A DNA stretch of 57,950 nt, counting the filler, from Sphacelaria rigidula (lineage: Eukaryota): assembly GCA_964200075.2 (NCBI GenBank). It is 6 parts of 6 records of this genome, joined end to end, with 100 filler letters (N's around TTAATTAATTAA, not from the genome) between each part and the next. Parts side by side here need not be neighbours in the genome. Positions count along the whole stretch, not along the records: positions 9,678 to 19,253 come from CAXNAA020008172.1; positions 19,354 to 28,928 come from CAXNAA020008173.1; 4 more parts are not named here. One strand, 5' to 3'. Position numbers and translations under genes: made by a program. The notes beneath the pieces are model-generated. The model ran no database searches and was not told the DNA's origin. It saw only the letters and a list, made by a program, of their open reading frames with translations. Shown one piece after another: positions 13,960 to 27,491 of the stretch (position 1 is the stretch's first letter; every line of letters begins with the position of its first letter).

Positions 13960-14899
13960 CTAATATTGACGTAAAATAGCGAGAAAAAACAGATCAACTG
14001 TCCCATATCAAAACGGGAAGTAATCGAAATTCTTCCCCCCATATCATAACAAAGGTAAGACAAAAATAAAACCAAAACCTAGACAAGTAAGTGATAGCGT
14101 GAAGGCTGTCCACCTTACGTGCAAGTCGAGAATACAACATACATTACAAGTACGGATAGGGTAAGGTCATGACCTCCTCCACGTTAAACTCACATGGAGG
14201 GTAGGATCTCTTGGTGAGATACCGGTAAAACCTCATCGGTTTCCAGTAGGCGGTGAAATTCTGGTCAGCCATTTTCCAGAAATTTCCGACGTTAGGTGCA
14301 AAAGGCGCCTAATGAAGGGAAGGGGTCGATCATGCTTGACATTAACGTCAAAACGTACTGCACTCATGAACCAAAAACCATACCAATGACCGACCACATG
14401 ACATACGAAAAGGAGCACCAAGCGGTACGTAGACTTCTTGAGAAAGTATACTCGGAAGCACAAGTGGTTGTGACCCATGGTGAACCGTACACGCAGCGAG
14501 GAAAGTGATGTACGGGCCATCCCGATGTGAGTAAGACCTTGTGTTGTGCAAGCCGTCCTTGAACGGTACACGATGAAAAATGACCTCCCTGGAGGAGAGT
14601 AACCAGTACAGCAGCGGGGCAAGAAGATAGAAGATACGATTGTGGGACGCCTGGATGGTTTACTATGAAGATCGCCTGGCACAAACGTGGGGTACTTGTG
14701 TCACAGGTGTTGAACTTGGCTTCAGGTTATGAGCCCGTGTTGGGGGCATTATTTAGTGTCGGTGAGCCAGCAAAAACTGAAAGGCACCAGACCCCCGACA
14801 GGTACTAGGATCGGGATATTCCAGTACGCTGACTACATCCCACCAATACACGATTAAGCTGGAGGTTCTATCGAAAGAGATCGAGAGAGAGACGGTCAG

Positions 14900-17800
14900 G
14901 AAAGGTGGATGGAGAAGTAAAGAGTGAACGGGTGAAGTATTAGTAGTGCTGGTATTCGGAGTACGTAGCGATATGACAAGAATAGAGTTTCAAAGGAAAT
15001 GCAATGGAGTTGGCCTATACTGTTTGGCAAGAGGAGAGGTAGAAATGGAGGGAGAACACTTCTGAGTCATCCTGAAACAGAGCGCGAGCACGGAGCGGGA
15101 AAGGATAGAGACAAGTAAGGTGTCGGCATGGGTTAGAAGGGTAGGATGGAGAGTATGCCTAGCTAATGGAACGACACACCTAGGACGTAGTCCACGGGTA
15201 AAGGGAGGGGGAGAGGGGCAGGAACAGGAAAGCGCCCGGAAGGGGAAGGGTAGGGAACATAGCGGCCCAAAGAAAATGGACAAAGACCAACGCAGAAACG
15301 GGAAGAACAACCAAGCATATAAAAGACAAGGAGAAGTGCTGTTAGTGGGAGAGTTTCTTGCAAGGGTAGGAACAGGAGGTCAACTGGATGATATCATTGG
15401 GCAATGCGGGCAAGGTAAGAAGAGCACGTATGGGGTAGAAATGCTGAAGTTCCTTGAGCGTAACGAGATGAAGACGCTGAGCGATAGAGCACAAAAGCCA
15501 GAGACTCAATGGGCATGGACAAGGAAATGCAAAGGAAAGAAGAGAGAACGCTCCGTTCTTGACTATATAGTGGTAGAGTATGGAAATGGTACACAAATGC
15601 AAGTACATGTATGCCCGGAGGACGTGGGAACTACAGATTATATCCTAATATGGACAGAAAGCCAACGGACGAGAGCTAAAATAATTAGGCAGGGTAGGAA
15701 GTTGTACAAATAGAGAATCGATAGACTCGATAAGGAAGAAAATCGGCGAGAGTTCCAAGAAGAGATGGTCAATAATGCCGTGAGAGGTTCCGAGCTGTTG
15801 GAACGCGTAGGTAGAGTTGATACCGAAATGGAAAGGAATAGGGTGGGAACAGATGGTCAAGAACACAATGAGTAAAGTCCTAGAAAAGAAGCTGATTGTA
15901 TGCAACAGAGCAGTAAAATGATGGGATGAGGAACTGAAAAATGTTATCAGAGTAAGGAGAGAGGCCCACGCGAGATGCATATCGATTAAAACTACGGCAG
16001 GATGGGAGGAGTATGCTAAAGCTCGAAAGGAAGTGAAAACGATGGTACAGGAGAAGAAGAAGGGACTAGCTCTATGGGATGATGTAGTGAGAAAACGAAT
16101 GGAGATTTCGACGGCGGGATGAAACAAAATGTGGGAAGGGATAAAAGGGATAACGGGAAACCACGCAGGTAAGTTGGACAAGGGGACAGCCACACTCCGG
16201 GCACAGAACGGTAAAATGGCCAGTAGTTCGAAGGGAAGGAGAGAAGTACTAGTCGAGCACTACCGTAAACTAGGAACACCAGAAACACACGCGGAGTTCG
16301 ACAAGGAATTCGAAGAAGAAATCAACGTGTGAGCAGAGGCGACTGTAGAGACGACGAAACGGGAGGATATAGGCTCGACAGAATTGCAAAGTTTACCAGA
16401 GATGAAGGAAAGAAGTGCATAGCTAAACTCAAGAACAGAAAGGCAGCAAGGGCAAACGAAGTAGTGAATGAATCTCTGAAGAACGGGAGAGAAGGAATGG
16501 TTACCATGATGGTTATGCTGTATAACTGGATCTGGGAAAACGAGTACACACCCAAGAGGTGGAGAGAAGGGGTCGTCGTCAATCTTTTTAAAAAACTAGA
16601 CAAGGCTGACCGAGGAAATTATGGAGGGATAACGCTACTGAGTACGGCAGGGAAAAAATTCTGTAAGAGTTACTGGGCACGGTAGGGAAAACCTTCTGTA
16701 AGATTCTGAACGATAGAGTAGAAGCGATGCTAGAAAAGGAAGACAAAATCAGTGAGGGGTGAGCAGGAGTAAGACCAAACCGTAGTTGCGTAGACCACGT
16801 GTGCACACCAGGTAAGACTGTTCGGGGTTGGAAACACACCGGGCTGACAACGTACTGCTTCTTTCTGGACGTGCAAAAGTCTTGTGAGACAGTATGGAGA
16901 AAGAGGTTGTGGAAATAGTCGTGGGAAGCTGGGATCAGAGGAAAGATGTGGAGAATGGTGAAGAAGATAACAGAATGTGCCAAAAGTGCCATGATGCCAG
17001 ACGGGGCAAAATTCGAATATTTCGATATCTAACAAGGAGTTGCACAAGGATGTACATTATCACCCACTTTGTTCAAGGTATTTATTAATGACCTGATAAT
17101 AGCAATAGAAGCAGAAAAGCAAGGGGTTCCGGTGGGTGAAGATATGGTACCAGGATTGATGTTCGTGGATGATTTTGTGGGGNNNNNNNNNNGGGACACC
17201 AGAAGGACTACAGACACAGATAGACAAGGCGCTAGAATACACTAGGAAATGTAGAGTGACAGCGAACGTTAACCAATGTGTGGTACTTGTCTGTAACGAA
17301 GATAAGGAGAATCTAGTAGGGTTCAAATGGAATTGGGGGGAGGAGGAATCGCCGGTCGTAGACCAGTATCCATACTTTGGCGTAGAGATCTCAAAAAACC
17401 GTTCTTGAGATGCACACATGAACAAAGTAATGGAAAGGGTAAGGCACAGATAGGCAGGTTGGACGTGATCCTCAGAGACTCGCACTTAAACACTAGGACT
17501 CGTTGCATCCTGATAAACGTGATCGTAACAAGGCTGTCATATGCAGGAGAAGTATGGGAGGGGAACGTGAAGTTGGTGGAGAGGGTAGAAACAGTGCAGA
17601 TGCCAGCAGCTGAGAAGATACTTGGATGCTCGAAAACGACGAGTAATGCAGCATAGAGAGCAGAGTTGGAAATGTACTGACTTGAACAAACAGAGACGTG
17701 AGAAAATTGCGATGGCAAAAACGCGTAAAGGACATGCAGAGGAAGGGATTGCCGGCTATAGTTGATAAGGATGTATGGAAGAAATCACGAAAGGGCGGGC

Positions 17801-18150
17801 TGTAATAAGGTGGGATAAAGAAGTCGAGAAAGTATGGAAGGAGGTAAGAGGAAACCGAGACGAAATACTGTCCATAGGTGAAGGCGCGGAGTACACGACA
17901 AGAGAAAAAGACATTATGGAAATAAGGGGGAAAGGAGCGCTCAGACACAAAGTAGACGAGGAAGAACACCTGAAGATATACGGGTGGTTGAGGGAGGGGA
18001 TAGGGATAAACACATATCTGCATGGCCCCATGGACGCGGCGAAAAAATTGAAACTGCGATTTCGGGTGGGGGGTCTGGATCTGCCAGAGAGAAGAAAGAG
18101 ATATACCAGCAGTCGAAAGGAGGAGGGCGTAGATGCACATAATTGTTTCT
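14900..18150 (+). mobile_element. Decayed LINE ORF2 (APE endonuclease + reverse transcriptase)
   Basis: Endonuclease remnants: VLLVGEFLARVG, SVLDYIVV, TTDYILIW. RT remnants: WREGVVVNLFKK..D...NYGGITLLS, GVRPNRSCVDHV, CFFLDVQK, GVAQGCTLSPTLFKVFINDL, LMFVDDFV, YPYFGV. Many stops and frameshifts; purine-rich sense strand. The 5' boundary is approximate. Confidence 0.9.
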
Positions 18151-20238
18151 AGCTCGACGGCCATAGACGTGACGGAGGTGGGTTGACGCATGGGTTGGCA
18201 CTATCTTACAACCTCCATCCGGGATACGGATAGCCATTTGGGACGCTCATGTGAGGTCTCAAACTTTGGGCTGGGATATGTAGCTGGGGTATCCAAGTGC
18301 AATATCGGCATCAATCTGGCACGCGGTTATCCAACTAATACTTTACACACGTGCATCTAGTGCGTGTTCATCTGGGACATCCGTCTCTACGCGCACAGCA
18401 TTACGCTCTATTAGCATGGACCAAATCACATGTACGGCCACCGGCCACCAGCGGGAAAATTGCTTACGGGCTTGCCGCACGTCAAGGTTGGCACTTGGAA
18501 TTGGGTCGCGCAAATGGCGTAAATGTGCACCGTGGCCAAATCGCGGACATGGCACTTTGACCTCGGGAGGCGTACATGTCTGGGATATGTCATATTTAGG
18601 TGGACTTTCCAGATGGGCATCCACGCGCTGGATGGATGTCCATGTTCGTAATGAACGTGCCATTTGGTATCATGTCCGGATGGGCGCGCCAAGGTCGATA
18701 TGACTGATAGCGACGGGAGGTGCAAGTGAGAGTCAATGACACACTAGGAAAGGAACACAATCCAGCAGTCTTATAGCGGCAGAAGAAACGACAGTGAACG
18801 CTGCTGACGTTGTGCAAGATTTGCGCACAGTTTCACAAATCCTGCGCATGTATTGTTTCGCAGTAACGTAGACCCGCTCCATTGCCCCGAGGTACTGTAA
18901 AGGTGCCCCTTTGTTGTTTATGTCGAGCCCAGTCCAGACCGGTGTTCTCCCCCTCACCCTGCTTACTCTTCGGCGCTTCCAGGGGACTTATACGACATTA
19001 GTGGCTACAATAAAAAGGATCGTACGAGGAAATGCAACTACCGACTAAGTGATTTCTGAGTTGCCCACGTGCTGAAGTAAATTCGCGTGTGGGTCAATCT
19101 CTTCTCGTTAATATGTGATGAATGTCAATGAGAGGTTATCATGATTGTGGCACTTGAACTGACCCCCCAGGGGTCCTGGTCAGGCGAGAACCCGGCGTGC
19201 TCCATCCCGGCTTTGTAGGGGCGGACCCCCGATGGGGTTGGCGTCGGTTGGCGNNNNNNNNNNNNNNNNNNNNNNNNNNNNNNNNNNNNNNNNNNNNTTA
19301 ATTAATTAANNNNNNNNNNNNNNNNNNNNNNNNNNNNNNNNNNNNNNNNNNNNGGGCATTCAGGCCGAAGAAATCGTGAATTCGGTGATTTTGAGTCGTG
19401 ATGATTCGTCCTAACCGTGAAATATTCAAGTGCGAGCCGCGTGCACGAAAACCGTAGGTTGATTTTGACATGAACAGAAAAAAAGGCAACCGCCCCAGGC
19501 TCTCACCGACTATGCTAGTTCGATTGTTTTGTATGCCACTATAGTGTAGAAAAACTCGGTGAGAGCATGATCGGTAATATCCAAAACCGCCCCTGGCGTG
19601 ATCAGTCAGTCCGTCTTGATGTCACTTACAAAGGTCGTGGTGTCGCCTGTAAGGGGACGTTGCCCACCTCTCCTTACAGCTTCACAGCGGCCCTTCGCAC
19701 AAGACACTGTCGGTTTCGACTCGGCTGTTCGGCGACATCTTGCGCGAGAAGGCGTTTTCACCCCAATTGCGGCAACCTCAAAGAAATAACGAAGCCTGAA
19801 CGGTGCGTGTTACCTGTGCTACCGCGAGTGTCGACCTATTCGCGCGCCGACTTGAACGACTATGCTGGCAAGATCTGCCGCTGCCTCCGCGCCGGTCTTG
19901 TATTGTACCCTCTATAATTGACATTAGAAAATGAAGAATGTTTCGAAAACAGTTTGGCCGTGATGCATAGTCATTCTTTCAAGCCATGCAGCGCTCAAAA
20001 CGCCTTGGGTCGCCGGTACCGTTGCGGCAACACCTACTTGCAGCCTCAATCTACGCATGCGTGACGCTTCGGCATCATCAGACGCCAGGTGCGCTGTGGT
20101 TGGACGCTTTATCCCCAAAAATACTGCCTCCATATTATTGAAAAGCAACAGCATTGAGTCAGCAGTACAGTACTTTTGTGCACAGAGCGGTGCCCGGAGC
20201 TCTGAGAACATGGTGCCAAATTAGTCATTAACTCCCAG

Positions 20239-22277
20239 GTGAGGGCAGGTGTCGAGCAGCAGCTGCTCACGAGCTACGCAGTGACGTCCTTCCTGCGCCG
20301 TGCTGATTGCTCCACCGACGATCAATGCCTGCCCCGCCCCATTCTTCCCACGACGGTTTCCTGGCTGGTCTCAATACAATCGATACTGTGGAGCATGACT
20401 GCTTCAAGTGAAGCTCTACAGTCGTTGTTGAACAAAAGGAGCGAAAAATACACAAGCCTGTATATCAATGAGAAGGAACGACGCGGTGTTTGTCTGTTGG
20501 CTCGAAGTAGTCGCCGTGCAGTGCATGCTATTTGCTGTATTGTTTGTATTGTAAACCCGTCCTGTTTGTTTTGTTGATTGATTCTATTTGTTCTGTCACC
20601 TGTCCATCGCTTTTATTTATTTATATATATGAATAAATGTTCAGCGAGCGTTTCCATGTTGCTTCATGCAGGGTACGTCTGTCATCTGACCACGGCTGGA
20701 CCCCCCGTGGGATCAGTTGAGGTGCGACAATCAATCAGTCAACACAGATGTGTGTGCGTATATGTAGATGGATCATTTTGCTTTTTGCTTTCGTTTTATT
20801 GTTTTATTTTATTTTGTTTTATTTTGTTTTATTTTATTTTATTTTATTTTATTTTATTTTATTTTATTTTCCAGGAGGAGGGGCTGATGCTTCTGCCGAC
20901 GGTGGAGACCGCGATGCTGACGGAAGCCCGCGTGTTGGACGTGTTTCTCACCGGACGACCAAAGCCCACCATCATACCGCACGCTCGGGCGCACGCGGAG
21001 CAACTGGCGTGCTTGCTGCGGCTCATCAGGGTGGGTACTAAGTATTGTGAGGGAGACATTCACGGTTCGGACGAATCATCGCCGGTTCGAATCGCCAAAT
21101 CCACGATTCTTCAGGCCTGGTTGCCCCCCCCCCCCAAAAAAAAAAGTCGACCGATGATCAAAAAGGTGTCCACGCTATTTTTGCGCCATTCCGCGTGCTG
21201 CGCGTACCTGGGTTGCAACGCTGAAAACAAAGCCCGAGGATTGATTCGTACAGTACGAATCAATTACACTAAAATCAAGTATTTTCCAGATGAATCATCA
21301 ATTTGTCCGACCCTTGGAGACGTTCATCCACAGGGTCGGTCGATATGCTCCACGGCGCCTCATGGCCATAAGCCGAATCCCGTCAACACAAGCACCACAA
21401 GCACTTGAAACACTTCCCACCGCCTTAAATTCCCACTCCCCCTTGGTCTGCATCCCACCCGCTTTCCGATCTGCACGCCCCTCCCTCCCCCTCCCTTTCA
21501 GGATGAGGGCTAGGGTGAGGGTTAGGGTAACCCCAAAGCTCTACAGTAAAGTAGAAGAAAAGTAAAAGCAAGGAACCGAATTAGGGTCCAAAATCAAATC
21601 ACGAGTCTTGTGAGGGAGGGGTTGGTGAAGTCACTTGAGTGTTGGTGCGGAGAAATAGCTCGTGTATGTGTACAAATGTCGATGCGTTGTGTGCTTCTTC
21701 TTTTCTTTTCTTGTACTCCGTTTTCTTGTGAAAATTAATACATGGTTTGCAGCTTCTATTTTGAGATCCGCAATGAATTTTGAAAAGGTGCTCAGAGCAA
21801 ACTACGGTACAGACTTTCCGTGGGTGCTCCGTGTCGCCGCTCTGCGGTGGTCTAAATGAACCCTTTGAGAACCCGTGGACGATTTTTGTTTTTTGTTAAT
21901 CGATATCATTTTCAGTCATATCAAGTAAAAATGATGCCGATTCACAGAAATAGAAATCGTCAATGGGTTCCCGAAGGGTTAAAATGGCACTACTGACACC
22001 ACTTGGGCGGAGAAAATGTTGATTCGACTCCCGCTAGATGCGTCTAGTTTGTCTTTTCTTTGTTTTTGCTCAGAAGTGTCTGATTTCCGTCGTTGAGGCG
22101 TGAAGACGTGCGTGAGTAGCAACATATACATCTTTATATTGCTGAGTTCGTTGGATAACAGTCGACGCGACGCGGGAGCGGGAGTGCTGATGGTCATAAT
22201 CCATGCCGTGATATCAAAATGTAAGGCGTTTACCGAGACCACGGGCTAGTCCCGAGGAAGGGGAGGAGGTGGAAGTG

Positions 22278-22339
<62 letters not shown>

Positions 22340-25300
22340 AACACAAATTAACCCTCCCACTCGCATCCGCACTCGCACTCGCACACCCGCACACTGGTAT
22401 ACTGGGTATTTTTTGTGTCGATGCCCCGGGTACTTGAGGGTACTCACTAGTCTCGGCAGTCGATATCCTGTGCACCCCCGGGTGTGTACCGGGTGCTCAC
22501 GACACCCTGAAAATCCACGGCATCTCAGGTTACGTACTGAATGTACCCCATCCCAAGCATCTTGGCAATTCTGTGATTTGTTACATGGCAGGCAGTTTTC
22601 CGGGGGGAAAAACCAAAGGCTACTGAGCAGCATGAAATCTGAAGACTGTTACCGATACGTTACCCTCCTGTAGTCGTGCATTGACACTGTAGCTGCAGTG
22701 TCCGTCTCCTTCTTACGTACAGCGCACAAGTCCCGCAGATGATATCATGGGTAGCAGATTTGTACCTGGTATAATGTAGCCTTGTACCGGAGGACAGTAA
22801 CATTTTTCCCAAGCACGCTCAAAACTCATGAATTTTACCTGCGAAGAGATTGGAAGAAGCAGGAAGCAGCGCCCTACCCCCTCCCGATATGGTGAGACCC
22901 GTGAGGCGGTGTCCATATGCAAGATAGTCAGTAGGATGCAGCTCACTGCTTCATGCTACTCGTCGAATACATCACGGCGCTTCACCCTCGATGATTGCGA
23001 ACCTGGTCTGGCGAAAACCCGACGTGCTCCGTCCCGGCTTTGTAGGGATGCGAGGTCAATGTTCACATGATTACGACATGCAAGATCATGAGTCCCCCCC
23101 CCCCCCCTTGTCTTTGAATCACTTCCAGCTGAATCGCAAGAGGCAAGTATCTTCACGAAGATGTGTGTTGTGTGCGTTGCAATCCCATCTATTCTGGACG
23201 CCAGTCAGTACCTTTCGGTATATGTAGGCGTATCAGCCGGGGTCACATAGGAGGGAGGTCAAAAACGGAGTTTCATTTTTCTGTATTTTGTTCAGTACTT
23301 CATCTTCGTTCTGCGGTGCTTGCCTTACTTTTTATCGCGAGAAGAAATCAGAGGTCCCTCTCCCTCGTCGACCGTAAAGTCGAACGACACGATAGTCGCT
23401 CGCCACTGTTCGCATGATGTGGGTGACATTGCCAGATCGTGTGATTTCATCGAGAATCGAACCCATGTCCCAATCGCATGAAGATGGAACCTGAAATATC
23501 AAGAATATCGTACCTTACAAATAGGTGTTTTTTTTTGCCTCACTCCCCCCCTCTCCCCCACCCTCCCCTGACATATCTCATGTATATACCCATCCTCCCC
23601 TCCCCCTCTCACTCNNNNNNNNNNTTCCCCTATCCCAGCAGCTGCGACCCCGTGTATGCAGAATGTGGTCGCCTTCAAAAAGGTGTTTTTTTTTGCCCCC
23701 CCCCCCCCCCCCCCCCCGCGGCATACAAGATCATGAGTACACCCCCCCCTCCCCACCATTTCCCCTCTGCCCCCCTTCTTTTTTACTTATTTTTCTGCAA
23801 TATACTAGCATGTGTGCTGGAACAGTCCCGTGGCAACAGAAGGAGTGGCGGACATGTGCACCAAAACTATGGGAGATGCGCAGATGCCCATGTTTCACAT
23901 GCACCTGCGCGTGTTGGTGTCTCTCATGGCCGTTATGGATGAGTGAGTGATCTTTTCGTTGCACTTGTTGCACTTGTTACACTTGGCCCACTTTCAGTTT
24001 TTGATTCGTTTGGTTGTTGTCTTGCCATACTTGTCGCTTTTTTTGCCGCTGTTTTTTTCTTGTTGCCCCTTTGTTCACGTGGATTCTTCTTTTTTGTTCA
24101 TTTTCTGTCGTCTTTGTCGCTGTTGTTGTTGTATTAGGAAAATCGTTACCACTACATTTTATTATCTTCCTTTTTTTCCGAATTTTTTCCGAATTTTTTC
24201 CGTGTGTTGTGTTTCATGTTTTCCTTGTGTCGCACCTCTCACCCCACCCGCCCCTGCAATCAACTATAAACATAGTAATACATGCGTACATGACGGTTCA
24301 TATCTATAGCTTGTTTTCTCTGACAAGAAGTAATTTTTCTCGCTGTTGCAGTCATTATTTGTTGCTGTGCCTTCGGCTGCCGTTTATTAACATCTGGTGC
24401 TGTGCTGTTATATGATGGCTCGCAGGAGTCACGCTCAGCGAGTGAACCTGGTATTGTCCAAGTTCCACACAGCCGCAGATTACAACAAGGAGTACCATCG
24501 CGAGGTGATGTCTTTTTGAGGGCGGTTGCGGTAGTTTCGTTACCCTGCCGCGTGCAGATGGTATTTCGGTATGGACCAGGGAGGGGGGCGTGAGGGGGGG
24601 CAGGGGGGGGGGGAGGAGGAGGGGCGTACTCATTTGTTGTCTGCCTCAGTCGTTGACCGTTGAATATGAATCCCTTTCGAGACGGGGGGGTGGGGGGTGG
24701 GGGGTTCAGATGCAGTCTGCACACTAGAGTCAAAGCTTCCGCTGGTGGGATCAAGTATCAAGGATAGTGAACAGCTAGCTGCCTGAGATCGTGTGGTAAA
24801 ACCCTGTCGACATCTCTTGAGACAGTGGACTTACCTACCCCCCTGTCTTTTTTTGAATATCCTCCCAGTCACAGTAGTGTGGATACGAGAAATGGCTAAA
24901 ACAGCGACGTTGAGTTATCGCCGTTCTCTATCTATCAATCCCAACCCCACCCTGAGTCCACGTGCCCCAGTCTGAGCTCAAGTCTAAGCTTGTCCCAAAG
25001 TCTTAGCGTAAGCCTAAGCTTAAGACCGAGCCTTTTCAATTCTTCATTGTTCATATTTATGTTGCACTCTGTCATGTCTTGCGTGTGTGTGCAAAGACAT
25101 CGGCTTTTTTTAACGTCGACCTTTTTCGTTCTCGTTCTCATATTTCAACAACACATGTTTTTGTATTGCATCTTGTTTTCGTTTTCGTTTTTGTCTTCAT
25201 CATGATTTTGGTGTGAAGTGCATGGACATCCTTCGGGTACTGGCGAAGGGACTGCTAGGCTTAACTCCGGATATCTTGCCCCTCGAGTCCCTTCCGCAAG

Positions 25301-27458
25301 TGCGGCAATCTCTGTTGCAGCTCGTGCGCGGGTGGCTGCAGCTGTTCGTCACGGATGTTAAGCTTACACCAGATGTAAGTTTGTTTTGCTTGCTTGCTTG
25401 CCTGCCTGCCTATTTGCCTTTCCGCCTACCTGCCTGCAAGCTCGCTTGCCGCCGTGCTCGTTCGTTCGGCTCATTGGTTTATTGGTTGGATCTCGATTTG
25501 TTTCGCAGTGGCGAGCCGGCAATGGATCCACTTATCCCGTATATTCTATAGTATTACATACATAACGTAAATATAATGAGCCGCGGTCTGGTGGTCTAAA
25601 TCAAAATTGTCCGGCTGACATCCTGGGTGTGGAAAGAGAAGACGGGTTCGATTCCCGCCAGATACGTTTATTAATATTAATTGTGTGATTTATATCAAAA
25701 TCATCTGATTTCTGTCAATGAAAAGCGTGAGGAAGTTTGGCTGAGATTGCTGTGTTCGGCGACAGTCGACAAGATGCGGGAGTGCCTATGGTCATGATCC
25801 AATCCGCGATACCATAATATATTTTGATTATTATTCACTTATTTCTTGTTCGCACTTCGAACCCCTCCCGTTGTTCGGGATGAGTCCGTGGTCTCAAAAG
25901 ATCAACCCATCTCTCCCCGTTACACGCCTCGCATTTCGGTGTCGCGGATTGGGTCATGACTATCAGCACTCCCGCACCGCGTCAACTCACGTAAAACAAA
26001 CTCAGTCGATTACTTTATCCTCTCGCGCTTCCCGCGTTGGAAAATCAGATACTACGAAGAAAAACAACTACGCATCGGGAATCGAACCCTCGTTCTCTCC
26101 ACCCTAATGGCAACAGTCAGACCATTACACCACCGGCGGTTATGTGAGGCGTACTGCACCGGTGGAGGGATGGGCTGATTACTGGAGACCACGGACTCGT
26201 TCCGAGGAAGGAATGGGGGTTGGAAGTGTGGGGGAAAAGAAGGAATAAGTAGACGTGCCCAAGGAAAAACTGAATTTGAAAATCAAGTAGTACAACGTTC
26301 ACGGGCAAGAGCAAGAAGTATTACATTAACGAGCAAGAGCGAAGGAGTAGGCAGAGAAAATATGGGGGTATCGAGTGTTGCACACGTTGGACAGTTCATG
26401 AGCTATCTTAATGCTACTTCTCCACCATGTAGTGATCCGGATCATCATGAGCTAGCTCTTTTAGGCCCCCTTTTCCATATTTTGTCCCTCCAGCGCTGCA
26501 CGTGGAGTAGCGCATGAGTAGCGCTTTGGTTTTTCTGACCCCGCCGTCACGCATTTTTGTTCACGGGCAACAAGTTATTTGCAGTAGCTTGTGACCTGTC
26601 CGACGTGTGAAGTGTCGTCGAGAATAGGGAAGAATGTAATTTATAGGCATTAGACGCGTAGCGTATTTTTTTGCTCTAGTTGCGCGAAGAATAGGGCACA
26701 CGTCGTTTTGATGTATGATCATGTGTGCAAAGTATGATGATATGTTCGTAAATGGATGTTTGGCCACTTGAACTGATGACGTTTAATAAATCAGCTGCTG
26801 GCGGTAGTTTGTGCACGAATAAGTATGAACCGCAATTTATGCGTAGCAAGGGTTTTCGCTGTACAGGCGTTGTCTCTCCACGAAAAGTGGCTATTCCTAC
26901 CCCGCTACTCCCCCCCCCCCCCCCCAAATTAAAAAATGAAATAATACCTCGATTTATAATGAACAGGAGAAATATAAATAACCTCCGGTCCGTTCAGCGT
27001 CAATCAAGCATCAATCAAGGGATCCGGGCATTCAAAGTATGATGATGGTCTCTCTTTTTGTTCGTGACGCCTACCTGCCGTTGCCGTCGCTCGTACTGCT
27101 GTTGTACCCTTTTCATGTCTATGTAGTCGTTTTTTTGTGATGGTAATGCTGACGGTTGTTTTTTTCCCGTGTGCGCTGTTTGCCTTGATAGATTGCCCAA
27201 CACCGTCCATGTCAAGGGCGTAACTGGCGGTCACTTGTCTTGATCAATCTCTGCTGTTGTTGTTCGTTAACACTGCTCGGTTCATCATCGAAATACGGTG
27301 GAGAACAAAACCCGCCTGAAGAACACCACACGAATATGTCTTGTATACTCTGTCGTCTCGGATTCGTTTTGATGGAAACAAGCATGGTTATATATCTTGG
27401 TTGGAATCGTGTTTTTGCTATCTTCTTACGCCAATCACACGCACCCTTGTTTGTCGTT

Positions 27459-27491
<33 letters not shown>

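Noticed and set aside
20578-21408. 276-aa ORF as a single CDS
   Set aside because: It reads through a (TTTTA)n intron tract; only two internal exons are supported.
21505-21530. Telomere-like gagggctagggtgagggttagggt (and hexamer run 24935-25030)
   Set aside because: Short and degenerate, with no TIR or TSD found. Not a telomere, and not demonstrably related to the 53927 MITE.
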